A DNA stretch of 64,000 bases from Octopus sinensis. Its lineage: Eukaryota. The stretch lies in the NCBI RefSeq assembly GCF_006345805.1, contig NC_042997.1, positions 10,354,001 to 10,418,000 of the forward strand, read 5' to 3'. Below, one piece after another: positions 26,582 through 40,932 of this stretch. How positions within the stretch are numbered: the first letter of the stretch is position 1; each line of letters begins with the position of its first letter. The position numbers and the translations under genes are program-made. The notes under the pieces were generated by a model. It worked only from the letters and a program-made list of their open reading frames with translations. It searched no databases and was not told the DNA's origin.

Positions 26582-27040
26582 AGGTGGCGAGCTGGCAGAA
26601 ACGTTAGCATGCCTCACGAAATGCTTATTTCGTCTGTCTTTACATTCTGAGTTAAAATTCTACCGAGGTCGACTTCGCCTTTCATCCTTTCGGGGTCGAT
26701 AAATTAAGTACCTATTTCTTTATTACTCACAAGAGGCTAAACACAGAGGGAACAAAAAAAGGACAGACATAGGTATTAAGTCGATTACATCGACCCCAGT
26801 TCGTAACTGGTACTTAATTTATCGACCCCGAAAGGATGAAAGGCAAGTCGACCTCGGCGGAATTTGAACTCACAACGTAACGCAGACGAAATACCGCTAA
26901 GCATTTCGCCCGGCGTGCTAATGTTTCTGCCAGCTCGCCGCCTTATCGATAAATTAAGTACCACTTACGTACTGGAGTCGATCTAATCGACTGGCCCCCT
27001 TCTCCCGAAGTGTCGGGCCTTGTGCCTAGAGTAGAAAAGA
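26582..27040. mobile_element. nested family B SINEs: minus copy (26713-26945) inserted in a plus copy
   Basis: 17-bp TSD TCGATAAATTAAGTACC at 26696-26712 and 26946-26962. Confidence 0.9.
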
Positions 27041-27271
27041 TTATTATTATTACCTTCGCTAAGGCGGAAGCATTGTCTTTAGTCGTGTTTGTTTGTCCGT
27101 GGACAAGATATTTCAAGACCCGCTGGATGGATACAGACACTTTCCTCTTTGGCCAAGCCCGCATCAACTTTTTCTAGTTTCACTTGAGAAGGAAGTTAAG
27201 GGTGGAGAGGGAAGTGTTGCCTTCTATCAAGTTTGTTGAAAGATGGGTGAATGTTGGAAGAATGGCCATCA

Positions 27272-27313
<42 letters not shown>

Positions 27314-27344
27314 TATTATTATTATTATATTATTATTATTATTA

Positions 27345-27380
<36 letters not shown>

Positions 27381-27391
27381 TATTATTATCA

Positions 27392-27605
27392 GGGCGGCGA
27401 GCTGGCAGAATCATTAACACACCGGGAGAAATGCTTAGTAGTATTTCGTCTACCGCTACTTCTGAGTTCAAATTCCGCCGAGCTCAACTTTGCCTTTCAT
27501 AATTTCGAGGTTAATTAAATAAATACCAGTTACGCACTGGGATTGATGTAATCGACTTAATACCCTCGCCTAAGTTGCATTTGTGGCAAAAATTTGAAAT
27601 CATTA
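27392..27605 (+). mobile_element. SINE family B
   Basis: GGCGGCGAGCTGGCAGAA head directly after (ATT)n. Confidence 0.8.
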
Positions 27606-28485
27606 TTATTCGTCTGGGCGGGATGCACGTGTTTGTCTGCTCGGATTTTTTTGCTCCGAAATTTTGTTTCAAAAAGTTAATTGGTTATCTTGCTACTAAA
27701 CGTTTTCCTAAAGCACCACCTTTGCATAGGCGGGTCGTTTTGTGTTGTTAGTGACCTCTTTGGGGCCTATAATCTCAAAATAATTATTTCAAAAATTAAT
27801 TTAAAACGAAAACAAACATAGCGAAACAGCCCTGTTGGAGAACATAGAAGAGAAGGAGAGAGGTGTTTCAGATAGAGAGGTGCAAGATGCCATAGCCCCT
27901 CCGCTTATCACCCACATATAGAAGGGGAGGAAAGCACTTAGCAAGTTCAAATTCTCGCACACGAAACTGCAGACTTGTCAAGAAATAATAGTATCAACAA
28001 CTTTAGCGTCATCACACACTACAAAGCTAAATTCCCTCCAATCAGTGGAATTACTCCAACTGAAAAGACGGTTCATAGCAGCAGTATCAAAAACATAGAC
28101 GACTCCGCCACCAACACCACGGATAAACAAAAGACAGCACATAGTGAGTTTCTCGACCACAACCAACTCCACCACCACGGCAACGAATAACATCGTAATA
28201 AATGACAATATCAACCAACATACATTCGCTGCAATAGTAGCTAGAAGCAAAGACTATTTTTGTATGGATCTGCTTCAGAAAAACAGGTGTCTAGCTGAGG
28301 CAGCTAAATTGATAAGATTGCTAAAGGCGCAAGCCAGAATTGCCATCCCCTACGAAGTTTTGGCAGAGTCGATGTAATTGACTAATCCCCTCCCCCAAAA
28401 TGGCTGCCTTTGGGCAAAATTTGAAACCACTATTATTATTATATTATTATTATTATTATTATTATTATTTTATTATTATTATTAA

Positions 28486-28539
<54 letters not shown>

Positions 28540-28918
28540 GATTATTATTATTATTACATAGGCTCAAATTTAATTAGTAGAGATATTATCCAGAAATAAC
28601 TGAGCCCTTGCTGAGCTGAACGGTTAGGCGGGTCTTTAACCATTTTGGGGCGAATTTTCAATTTAAATTCTTAATTTCTTTCATTTTTCATTTGCAAAAT
28701 CTCCTTGGAGAAGAGCGACATCTCTTTCTTTCTTTCCGTCTGCTGTCGGAAAACAACCAAAACGTTTTAAAATTAATTGTCTCCGCCCTCTCCGCGCCTT
28801 AAAAGTCAGAGAGAGGGACTACCAAAGTCTTGCTAGTACGTGTAACGCTGAGCAACATGAGGAAAAAGAAGAAAAGAAACGCGAGAAAGAAGAGATAAAG
28901 AGCAAAGAAATTTAGCTA

Positions 28919-30865
28919 ATGGACGCTGTGAATCCAAGACCTCCCACTATCACCACTAACACTAACACATTGAACACTCAACAACAACCACAACCCAATG
29001 CATTAAACAGCCGAGGTTTTCAATGGCAAAGCCAAGAAATGAATTCATTAATGTTTCTGTAGAATCTCTCATAGACAACAAAACCATTTCAAAAAGAAAA
29101 AACGAAAGATGTGTTTCGATAAACATACCTCCAGATATTATAGACAATACAAACAAACATACCTTAGTGTAAAAAACTTTAAAAAATAGACATTTAGAAT
29201 CTACCACAAAACAAGCAGTTGAAAAATGCTTGTAACCCATTTGGAAAAACGTAACATATCGGTCGAGGGGTAAGAAATATGACACAATTGAAGTCAGATT
29301 TCCTAAGGAGACGTAGAAAAACAGCACACAACAGCCCAGCTGAGAAATAGTAAACTTTTCCTAGTTCCAACAAACTTGGGACGGCGCGTCGCCAAGATAA
29401 AAATACTGGAGAAACCATCAGAAATGAACGCTTGCTGGATTGTCGCAGCCGTCCTCGACTTGGAAGATACAATCAGAATCATCTAAGACGAGAAACGAGG
29501 AAAATACAACTGGACTGTTCAGAAATTGCAAATAATGGTCCAAATAAACCAAGACCTCTTGGAACAAATTCCGGACCAACTCAGCTTTCCAGATGGCACA
29601 ATGCTTAACGTCCCAGTTGAGGGTAGAAGGCCAAGTTGTTATCAATACTGACAGAATAACCACCTGAAAGCCTTCTTCCCACAACTAAAACAGAAGAAGA
29701 GCACTACCCCCTTGATACAAGCACCACGCATACCATAACTGAAGCAAGCCCAACAAAAAGTAACTCTAACAAGAGAAGAAACCTCACGAAAAGAAAACAG
29801 AGAGGGCTCCAGTAAACACTCCACCACCACCACGAGAGACCACAACGCCAACAGTAACAGAAGCGCTGATCACAACGACCACCACAGCGCCTCTCGACAC
29901 CATCAATGCAGCTCTTGCCAAAGGAACAAAGAATCAGCAAATTTCGGCCCACTGGACTTACCCCTTCCTGATTCTGACCACTCAGACATGTCGTGCGGCG
30001 AGACCGACAGAATTGAGTGGACAGAAGTCACACGTAAAAGACTAAGAAAAAGGCACAACAGTACACCAACAAATAAACAGACTGTACTCTCAAAAAAAAA
30101 AAGCATTCAAAATCATCCGAAAACAACAACGACACACGAACACCCACGCTTAAAACACCTTCACCAACACCACCACTACCAACACCACAGACACAGCCAA
30201 CCGTTCAAGGCACAACAGGGACAACACAAAAAGTAAATGAAAATAACAAAAACACCACAAAACTCACCGCCATAAACACAGACAACGCAAACTTACTATT
30301 AGGTTGTCCCAAAAGTTCGTAAACACTTGCGAAAATTGAATTTTTACTCGCCAAGTACTAACAAAATCAACAAAAATTATTCCTCAAAATAAAGACCGTT
30401 ATTTTCCAAGACTTTCTACGAACTTTTGGGACAACCTTATATTATGCATAAAGGAAAATACAGACATCAAAATGACTGACTTTGTTTCCCCCACGGATAA
30501 CACACCGCCACCACACATACAAATACTTCCAACATCGCAGCATACATACAGCAACATAAAATCCAAATTTCCACAGGCGGTTGGAGGTTTCAACGCAAAA
30601 GTGTCTTCGAGCCTCTATAAATCCTTGGTCATGGAGACCACCACACCTCACATCTATCCCACTTCCATCCCAGAGTACTAACGGTAAGTAGTACTCTCCT
30701 TTTTCTCCTTACCTGCCACTCAAATGGTCATACTCAAAATAAGTTGCATAAATGTACGTGGACTGTGGTCCCCTTGGAAACAAGGTCACCTCCTCAACGA
30801 CCTCAGGTCACGAGGAATAGATGTAATAGCCATTACAGAATCCAGACTAATTGAACCGCGAGGCT
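28919..30865 (+). mobile_element. decayed L1/Tx1-like LINE, 5' part (ORF1 plus APE endonuclease start)
   Basis: ORF1-like ..VEGRRPSCYQY*QNNHLKAF (degenerate zinc knuckle), a Thr-rich linker, then NVRGL..WKQGHLLNDLRSRGIDVIAITESRL (APE N-terminus). Confidence 0.75.
30299..30439. mobile_element. 141-bp mariner-type MITE (Made1-like) nested in the LINE
   Basis: TIRs AGGTTGTCCCAAAAGTTCGT / ACGAACTTTTGGGACAACCT with a TA duplication. Confidence 0.85.
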
Positions 30866-31200
30866 TGTTCTGGTAAGTTTTGGTAGGATCCTTCTGTGCG
30901 TCTAATCCAGTCTGCATTTTCATCACTCCAGATATTTTTCCTGAAGTTTTCAACTTCTTCCATGGCAGTGGGGTTTTCAACGGTTATTTTCTCCTTCCCT
31001 ACTTCTTTGTAGAATATTTTTGCATTTGATTTGAACAGCTGATTTTGCTTGTAAAATTTGTTTCTCTTCTTAAATCATCGTGTTCTTTGAGATTTTGCTT
31101 TGACTTTTTGTTGCAGTGTTTCTTTTGCTGAAAGCACTTCTCTTGATGAGAATCTATGTTTGTCTTCATCTTTTTTCATCTTGTTTTTACATCGTTTCAA
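30866..31200 (-). mobile_element. R4/Dong non-LTR fragment (pre-RT region)
   Basis: KETLQQKVKAKSQR..FYKQNQLFKSNAKIFYKEVG..EEVENFRKNIWS. Confidence 0.8.
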
Positions 31201-31324
31201 CGAGGTAACTGACTTGGGCTTCATCTTTACCACAAAGTTTGAGGTCTATTATTATTTAAAACAGTGATCTGACAGAATCGTTAAATTGCTGGCATTGTGT
31301 CAAAATTTGAAATCATTATTATTA

Positions 31325-31750
31325 AGGACAACAGCTGGTAGAATCGTTACCACGTCAGTAAAATACACAGCGGTATTTCTCCTGACTTTTCGTTCTTAGT
31401 TCAAATGCCTCAGTGGTCGGCTTTAACTTTTGTGTTTTGTAGCGGATAAAATATGCACCAATTTAGCACTAGGATCGATATAAACGTCTGTCTACCACCT
31501 CCAAAATTTCAGGCCTTGTGCCTACAGTAGAAAGGATAATTTATGCGGTGAGCAGGAAATAATATCAACACATCTGACAAAACACTTCCAGCTCTACATT
31601 CTGGGTTCAAAGACCATCGAGATGGACTTTGCCTGTCATCCTTTCGGAGCTAGTAAAACAAATACTAGTCGAGCACTGAGGTAGATTACATCGACTAGGT
31701 TCAACCCTCTAAAAAGCTGCTAGCCTTGTGCCTATTTTGGGACCATTATT
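31325..31750 (+). mobile_element. two tandem diverged family B SINEs
   Basis: Degenerate B boxes and Meta-like cores. Confidence 0.6.
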
Positions 31751-33329
31751 AACGTTAATTATTTAAAACTTTTAATGAGTTTTATAGTGTAATTGGAATC
31801 AATAACATTCGTAACGTGCTTCATTTGAAATTCATGCAATGCAATTAATATGGTAGAAAATGGAAAATAGGATAAATGCTTGGAATTCTTTTGCTATATT
31901 TGTTATATTTGTCGGATAATAGACATAAATTTAAACGAAAAATAGTTTCGTATTATAACATAGCAAAATATTTCTAAAATTTGACTAAAGCAGGCAGCAG
32001 ATTTAATAGCTAAATGTTTTATTTGTATTATTCTTGATTATATAGCATTTAGATAAAGTAGGTGTTTGGTATTTCAAATAGTAAAGAACACATCAGGAAA
32101 ACTCACATGAAATATTTATTATAAGATATGCCAATTTTAATGTGACATTCAGCTAAAATGATATGCAACACAAACCAAAGTTTCTACTTTTGAAACGGAT
32201 TCGTTTCCACAGGAGTTTGAGGAAATATTCTTTCCATATGCATATACAACTGATTGACTATGTGAACTTTTTACTTACCTGCAATGGCAAAATGAAGTTT
32301 GTATCCCGGGGTTAGGAGTTTTCGGCTTATGATCCTGAGTTCAATTTCTGGATCGGGTAGTGTGTTCTGTCCTTCACCAGACACTTCATTCTGTATTGTT
32401 CCATTCTGCTCAACTATAAGAATACCAACTAGGTGCTGATGCAGCCCACCCTGAAAATATTACATCTTGGATGTTCTTCTGAATCAACGGTGAGGTGGGC
32501 GAGAAGATGTCTATGCTTTCTCGTTTCTATTAGAGTTATCTATTACAACTTGTGAAAGCATGATACTTGTTGCCGAGTCATACTCGCTCACGGGTGACGG
32601 CTTGCTGTGCATTTCGTGTTAAGTGTATAAGAGCTCTGTACTACTTTTGCTAAAGATTAAATCACATCAATATTGACATAGTTTGAACAGGATGAATTTC
32701 TGGCATCCAAAGTATCGTTTGAAGTAAGGATACTGCTTGTGTCAAATATTGTCAAATATTGAAGTTGATTTAGTAAGACTTTGGCAATAGATCTTCGTTG
32801 ATTTCAAGGATGAGAATATAGTTGTTTGATCAACTTGATAACCCGCTCATTGATTTTGCATGTAAGCAGCTGAGCATTTCTTCTTACAAAGGTGATTTAT
32901 GCATAACTAAAGAGATTTTCTATGTAGAAGTTACGTCTTGCCATGAAAGCATCAAATACGTATTTAAGTTCAACTTGCTTCCTTCTTAATAAATTCAACG
33001 TTGAAGATTAGATCAGCTTCTAAGTATCAAGAACACTTTGCTTTACTCAGCTAAGCTGAAATCCTGTGATAGATCGGTATCTTATCTAGCGTTACAGTTA
33101 CCTATCAACCATCTGTGATCTTGAAAAAAAAAACTGTAAACATACACCACAACCAACGCTTGGTTTCCTCCTAATCGACTAATGTGAAATTTAATTAAAA
33201 AGTAATATTTCACAGTGAAAATGAAAAGAATTAAAATCGTGCAGAACCAGACTTTATAAAACAAAGAAACAAAATGCTGGATTTTCGAAAGATTAAGCCA
33301 CATTATGTAAACAAATGATTTCGCAAGAA

Positions 33330-33490
33330 TGGCTGTGTGGTAAGTAGCTTGCTAACCAGCCACATCGTTCTGGGTTCAGTCCCACTGCGTGGCATCTTGG
33401 GCAAGTGTCTTCTGCTATAGCCCCGGGCCGACCAATGCCTTGTGAGTGGATTTGGTAGACGGAAACTGAAAGAAGCCTGTCGTATATATG

Positions 33491-33523
<33 letters not shown>

Positions 33524-33747
33524 ATGTGTTTGTGTGTCTGTGTTTGTCCCCCTAGCATTGCTTGACAACCGATGCTGGTGTGTTTACGTCCCCGTCACTT
33601 AGCGGTTCGGCAAAAGAGACCGATAGAATAAGTACTGGGCTTACAAAGAATAAGTCCCGGGGTCGATTTGCTCGACTAAAGGCGGTGCTCCAGCATGGCC
33701 GCAGTCAAATGACTGAAACAAGTAAAAGAGTAAAGAGTAAAAGAGTA
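33330..33747 (+). mobile_element. full-length SINE family C (CORE-like) with internal TA/TG microsatellite
   Basis: TGGCTGTGTGG A box, GGGTTCAGTCCC B box, CTTGGGCAAGTGTCTT CORE-like motif, (GTAAAAGA)n-type tail. Confidence 0.85.
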
Positions 33748-34134
33748 TTCGCAGGACGGAAAGAAAATTGACGGCATATCTTAGATGTTATTGGGTTTTA
33801 AAGAAACCATTATCAATTTTACGTGTTTTGTTTTAAATAATATATTATTGTGCAAATTGTTTCTTAAATGTAAAGATCATAATGTCGAGGTGTATCTCTC
33901 TTCACCTCAACTTTTCACCGTATTTAATTTTCTCTAATACATAATTCTATTTTCGAATAAATAATTTTTGTGGTTGTCTATTATGGGGGAAAAAAACTAT
34001 ATATTGCCAAATAGTTGTCATTAATCTCATGCGAATTTTCTTTTGAAGCGAAATACAAAGGATCAGCTTGGAACCTGCTCCTCACCAGGAAGCCTTACCG
34101 TTATAGAATCAAAATTGCTCTCTGTTTCTATCTA

Positions 34135-34174
<40 letters not shown>

Positions 34175-36236
34175 TCTCTCTCTCTCTCTCTCTTACACTC
34201 ACACATACACAAATTATTTTACTATTCACATTTTACACTTCCTTTTCTCTTTCTATTCCTTTGTAACATCAAAACAATTGTTGCTAATGAACAATTAACG
34301 GTTTTCCTTGCAATATCTACAGCATAATATAAACTTGTCCAACCAACTTCCTGATATAACTAAATGAAATTATCAGAAAGGGGTACAATAGGTTCGTCGT
34401 GAATTAGAACTGTATTAAACAAACTTCATGTGTTTGATACCAAATAACTAAGAAAGTTACCTGACATACTGGGATATCTGGGTGGTTACTCCATCTTAGA
34501 GAAATAGCATCTAAATTTCCTGGAAATTTCTTAAATGAATGCAATTTTAAAAAAAAAACAAAGATACACATACCAAGATAGGCCTTGATTTACAAAAGCA
34601 ACGCAACAGCCATACTTAAGCCGCCTTGAGTTATAGGTTTTCTTGATTAGGCCTGATCTGGGTCAAAACATAATCAAAAACTTGACACCAGATAAACTAT
34701 GGATCAGTTAAGAATATTTCTAATGATTCCGCGGTCTCAAATTGACACTTGAAGTCGCCGTGATACGTTTCAAGACACCGATCGTCAATATCCCACTATT
34801 CTAATACTGCACAAGATTCAACCCTGAAGATGAACAAACTACAATACAGGGAATAAATATCGGATTGCTCAACACTCAATGACGCTATATATCTCTTCAC
34901 TCTTTCTAGTGCTATATATTCCTAAGTTCCTGACTGCATGCTACATATTAAGATATGAAAGTACATGAATCCGAATTAAGAAGCATTTTCAAATTTAAAT
35001 TATGTGAAAGTGGATCCAATCTAAAATCGAAAATACATCGTGGACTCATCCTGATTAGCGTACACCAACACTTTACGTTTCCCACCTATGCGATTTTGAA
35101 TTGCATGGATTTCTTTTTCTGACTACAGTTTTGTTACTGGATACTAGGAATGACTTACTCGTAATTCAATCATTGTAGCGTTCAGGGTTACGGTGATATT
35201 AGACAAATGAATCAATACTTTGTTTTGGAATCGATTTGCTGCTGTGCTAAGCCTCACCTACAACAATCCTAGCAACGATATAAACACAAAGTAATATAAT
35301 ATATTTGTGCGATACGACTACAACACAATATAATCAGAAATTTATTGAAGTAACATTCAGGTAGGTTGGAAGCGAAAGTGTTTCACATATAAACTATTGT
35401 TCATATATACAGCTAGCATAATAAACGGATTTAACAAGCAAGAGCACGCATTGTAAACATTGGCGGGAATAAATAACAGTAGACCAACTAGCTGTCTCGA
35501 GTGTAAAACAAGAGTCTACATGATCGCTTGGCATGTTAGACAGAGTAGCTGAATTTCACTAAAACCGTACTCTACTATATTCCAAATAAATTAATGCACA
35601 TTGTATAATGCTGAAAAGCTAAGACGCAATGGTCACAATTAGAACTCTTTTGTTCATGGGTCTTTCCGATCAGATCTGATATGAAACGTGAGAATAACTA
35701 ACTTTAGATGAGAAGCAATAAAAGAAGCAAACGACAATAATTTATGTAAAACAAACACCATAATAAAATCATTATAAATATTATAGCAGAAAAACAGCAC
35801 TGGGGTTGAGAAATGATTAATGTGAATACATATACAATAAAATAATACAGAAATACTTCCAAATATTAAATATTAATTTAGTCTCTTTTCTAATCATAAT
35901 TTGAAAACTCAACAAAATTGTGATATTTTATTATCACAACCAACCATTATACTATCCTTCTAACATTTCAGAAGAATCAAATAAGCTGTTTGCTTCAGCC
36001 AAATACGCATTCATCCGAGACTCAGGAAGAAAAATATAGACAAGTTTAAATACTGTCTTGAAAAGTTATTGCATATCTTTTGGTTAATACCGCATAAGTT
36101 ATTGATAGCTCTAGAAATATTTTTTATCTGGTCAACGAGTTTATAATTTGAACGTCGGTATTTGTGAACTTAATGGTATTTCGATACGCTAATTAAACTA
36201 TTTCACTTCATATACCTCAATATTACACGTGAAAAA

Positions 36237-36630
36237 GGCGGCGAGCTGGCAGAAACGTTAGCACGCCGGGCGAAATGCGTAGCCGTATTTCGCCTGCCGC
36301 TACGTGCTGAGTTCAAATTCCGCTGAGGTCGACTTTGCCTTTCATCCTTTCGCGGTCGATTAAATAAGTACCAGTTACGCACTGGGGTCGATATAATTGA
36401 CTTAATCCGGTTGTCTGTCCTTTTTTGTCCTCTCTGTGTTTAGCCCCTTGTGGGTAGTAAAGAAATAGGTATTCCGTCCGTCTTTACATTTTGTGTTCAA
36501 ATTCCACCGACTTCGATTTTGGTCTTCATCCTTTTGGAGTCGATGAAATATGTACCAGTTGAACACTGGGGTTGATGCAATCGACTTATCCTCTTCCCTG
36601 AAGTTACTGACCTGGTGCCAAAAATTGACA
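36237..36630 (+). mobile_element. young family B SINE (36237-36469) followed by an older family B remnant
   Basis: The first copy is near-identical to the 7775 copy. Confidence 0.85.
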
Positions 36631-39539
36631 CCAATATTACGCGTGAGAAAATCATACATATTTCTAAACAAAAGCGAGGTTAACATGAACATACGTATAA
36701 AACATTGTTCTAACTTCTTCGACGATAGACTGAATGAAATTGAAGATGTGTTACATGAGATTGTAAACGTTATATAACCCAAGGAATTTGAACATCCACA
36801 TCGTGTGAGTCAACCAGGTGGAGATCATCTCACTATTATCCGATTGAATTGAACTCGGATCTCAAATCACCATTACTCAGGAAGCCCGAAACAAGAAGTT
36901 ACTTGCAGCAGTCAGCTGAACGTATTTACAGCTTGGTTGAGTCTTTTAAATATGGAAACAGAGAAGAACTGATTACAAAATAGATCTATTTGTGTAGCTC
37001 AGCAGCTTCCCGTTGGCCACCCGTGATCCGCTACATATTACATAAAACATAATAAAACGACGTTAAATCAAATTTACTTGTGAATGTGTAGAATTGTCTA
37101 CGATGCACAGTAACTGAAATAAATATATTTATTATCTAAACAGAATCTAAAGAATGTATTGACAAAAATAACATCTAGCTGTGTAAAGATTTAAGTTTAT
37201 TGCAATTTCTATCAGATATATTTGATAGCTTTGTCTATATTTGTGATATAAACAATGACTGCCTGACTTTATAAAACTGTCACTGATATATCTCATATTT
37301 TATGGCTTACTATCGTTCTTATAAGACGGACACGAAAACCCCGGTATTCACTGTATTATTGCTTCTTTTAGCAACCATTGTTTTTGTTATTTGTTATACT
37401 GGTTCTTCTATTATTATTGTTGCATCTTGTTAGTAACAACAAATCAACTGACTGTAGTACATATAACCAATCAGTAATATCCAAATATTGCGCCTCTGAA
37501 CGACAAGCTAATCACAACAAAACAATTTCAAATCTCTTTATAACCATTTATATATCATCAGCTTTGAAAGCATGTAACTGTTTAGCTCAACTCTAAATGA
37601 AATGAAAAGATTAGCCAGAGGCAGCAAATATTTATTTTCGGATAGTTCAAAGCGATTGAAATGCTTTAACAATGTTTCAAACCTGATAAATAGTCAGTAT
37701 TATATATTACAGAGACAGAACTCACACAAAACAAGCTTTCGTTTTAATGAACCACTTCAAACTACAGTAGAGTCAACTAGAGAGCTTTACAAGTGGTTGT
37801 TCGATTTACTAGAAATATCAGTCAAATCCCCCTTTAATCGTATACTAATTTATAAAAAAGAAATATCATAGAGAGACAGGAAGACATATGATAGAATCAT
37901 TTTCAATGGAATAAATCCCGTTTATACACAACCTCAGAATGAGAATATTTAGCGAGGTTTTTTCCGTTGTATTATAGGTGGAGACATCATTTGTAAGACA
38001 CTATTTGTGAAAAAAAAAATGCAAGGATGCTGCAAAATTAGTTACGGGGATAAAATGAGTAATTTCTGATTTCCCGTTATTTTCTCCCTACATGTTTAAA
38101 ATCATTACGTTACAAGTATAGCATCACCATTTTGTATTGTTGCTTCATCTTCAGAAGTAAAATTTGATCAGCAAATTTGATCGTTGTTGTTGAAGCTGAG
38201 GGAGTTTGGAACACAGTCAGGCGACAAAAACTTTGTTTTCAAGAATTTTGTCCTCAACTTAAACATTATTGTAATTGAGGTTACTAATAAAATATATGGA
38301 TAATTTTTGGTGTGCAACTATCAATAATCTTTTCTCTTTGCATTCCAAGTCAATTTTTTCCACACTAAGGTGTAATTTTACAATTTTCAATCTTCAAAAA
38401 ATGATGTGTAAAATCGGATAAAGTGAGTAATGACTAATTTCAATAATTGTTTTTCTCTTAAACTTCATCAGGAAGAGATCCACTTAAGCAGATCGTGAAG
38501 AAGCTATGGAGAATATTTCATGCTGGTTGTTTTAATTTAGTCGATTTGCGTTATTATTTCATATCATGTGCCATTTTCAACTAATTCACATTCATTTGAA
38601 CTAAATATAAAATTTCTGTTGTAATTATGATCTTTCTGATATCTAAAGACGGATATTGAAGTGTCTGAGTCTGTTTTTAAATGTAATTCTGGAGAATTGA
38701 AGAGGCAAATTTACCTTATCTTGGCTCACTCCTTTTGCCCCAGCGAAATTTGTCTTTTATGGCCTTGATTTTACAGATCAATTTTTAGACATTATTTTCT
38801 AAACTTGGCAAAGTATGTAGGGAGTGTAAATTTTGATTTTGCACCCGCTAAAATTTTTAGGAGGGGCTCTCCCTACTACATTTAGTTATGACTGCAATTT
38901 GAACTCGTATCTTTAAAATTATGGTCCTGCGTAAATGATTTTAACTGGTTACCTCAGTTTTAGGAGATGACGTACGTACCAACGTAATCAGCTGTATCTC
39001 CACATTACTCAAGTTTTCTGCTAAAACCATCACGTTACAATTCCATTTCTAACGGGGAAAAAGAAAGAGAAAAGAAAGAAGAGATAAATGCAAGGTTGAT
39101 AGCATTAGATTACGGCAGAGATAACGGAAAGGGAAAGTATGAGACAAAGAGACGAGAGTGAGATCAGGAAATAAGTAGAACCATTTGATAATAAATAAGT
39201 TATGAGGAAAATGATGGAGGTAAAAAGAGAAAAAAAAAAGAAAGATACGTGAAAGACTGAAAGTGACGAAGCTTTGAATGCTAAGCAGTAGGAGGAGTAA
39301 AGCGGTAGAACAGAGATTTAGCACTGTGGCAGCGGAGAGGTTGATATTTACATAACTATAAATAAAAGGAATAGAAAAAGACGAACATATGTATACACAC
39401 ACTTTTTCAATATATACGTATATCGCTTTTATTACATAACATACACAAAAAGAAAATACATTAACTCAATAAATAACCTCAAACAAAATTATTTATACAT
39501 TTGAAATACTAAAAAAAACCAAGGTGGGTAATTATTGAT

Positions 39540-39965
39540 TTCAAATTTTGGCACACGGGCAGCAAGTACGGGAGAGGGGTAAGTCGATTACAGCAATCCC
39601 AGTGTTTAACAGGTACTTATTTTATTGATCCGGAAAGGATGAAATACAAAGTCGACCTCAGCACAATTTGATCTCTGGATGTAAAGATGGACGAAATGCC
39701 GCTAAACCTTGTACACAGCATGTTAACGATTCTGCCTGTTCGCTGCCTTAAGTTGGGTAATTATTAATTTAATACTGATATTTCAATGGCGGCGAGCTGG
39801 CAGCAACGAAATGCTTAACGGTATTTACGTTCTGAGTTCAAATTTCGGTGAGGTTGATTTTTGCTTTTCATCCTTTTGAGGTTGATAAATTATGTACCAG
39901 TTGCGTACTGGAGTTGATCTAATCGACTTAATCCCTCCCCCAAAATTTCGGGCCTTGTACCTAGT
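39540..39965. mobile_element. divergent pair of family B SINEs (minus 39540-39750, plus 39788-39965)
   Basis: Family B motifs on opposite strands, about 40 bp apart. Confidence 0.8.
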
Positions 39966-40349
39966 GATATAGTAATATCTGTGACAATTGACAGTATAGA
40001 ATTGGAAATGTTGTGTTATACTTTGGGATCTAAACATTTAGAATTTAGTCAACAACCCTTTTACGTAGAGATGAAAGAGGTTTCTTACTTGCAGACAGAT
40101 CAACAAGGAAATTTCAGCAAATGTTTTAAATTTATCAGTACTGCTAACAGGATCAACTAAATCGCCCTCCACCTAGATAAATTTCATGTGTATTTCTGTG
40201 ATTTCCTGGATTACAAAAGTCGATGATGATAACTTGTGACAGTTTTGATAAATTGGCAAATCGAAAAACTTTGGTTTTGATATATAAGGATTGAATACAA
40301 TGATTGCAGTCTAAGCTTTAAGTCTACAGAGTTCTGACTGAAACTTAAT

Positions 40350-40750
40350 GTTGGTTTCAAATTTTGTTACAAGGCTGGACTGCAGTGTTCAGTTTGTACT
40401 TATTTTATTGACCCTGAAAGGATAAAAGGCAAAGTCGACCCCGGTTGAATTTGAATTCAGAAGATAAACAAGGACGAAATGCCGCTTAGCACTCCACCCG
40501 ATGTGCTAACACTTCTTCCATATGTATTCCAGAAAAGGATGGCAAGCTGGCAGAAACCTTAGCACGCCGGGCGAAATGCTTAGTGATATTTCGTCTGTCT
40601 TTACGTTCTAAGTTCAAATTCCGCCGAGGTCGACTTTGCGTTTCATCCTTGCGGGATCGATAAATTAAGTACCACTTGCGTACTGGGGTCGATCTAATCG
40701 ACTGGCGCCCATCCCCCAACATTTCGGGCCTTGTGCCTAGAGTAGTAAAG
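40350..40750. mobile_element. divergent pair of family B SINEs (minus 40350-40520, plus 40538-40750)
   Basis: Same arrangement as 39540-39965. Confidence 0.8.
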
Positions 40751-40932
40751 AAGTGTTCTACAAAATGTCCATGAGCTACAGCCCATCATAATTCTGTGCG
40801 TTGTTTCCATCGAGGCAGGAATGACATCGCTTTAAAAGGAATAGTACGTTTAGGGTTGTCTGCAGCCTCGCAGCCTCCGATTCATACATTCTCACTTCTG
40901 ATTGGCGCTCTTCACAGAGTTTTCAGAATTTT

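Noticed and set aside
38440-38480. Second CUGAUGA hammerhead candidate on the minus strand
   Set aside because: No stem II/GAAA/stem I arrangement.
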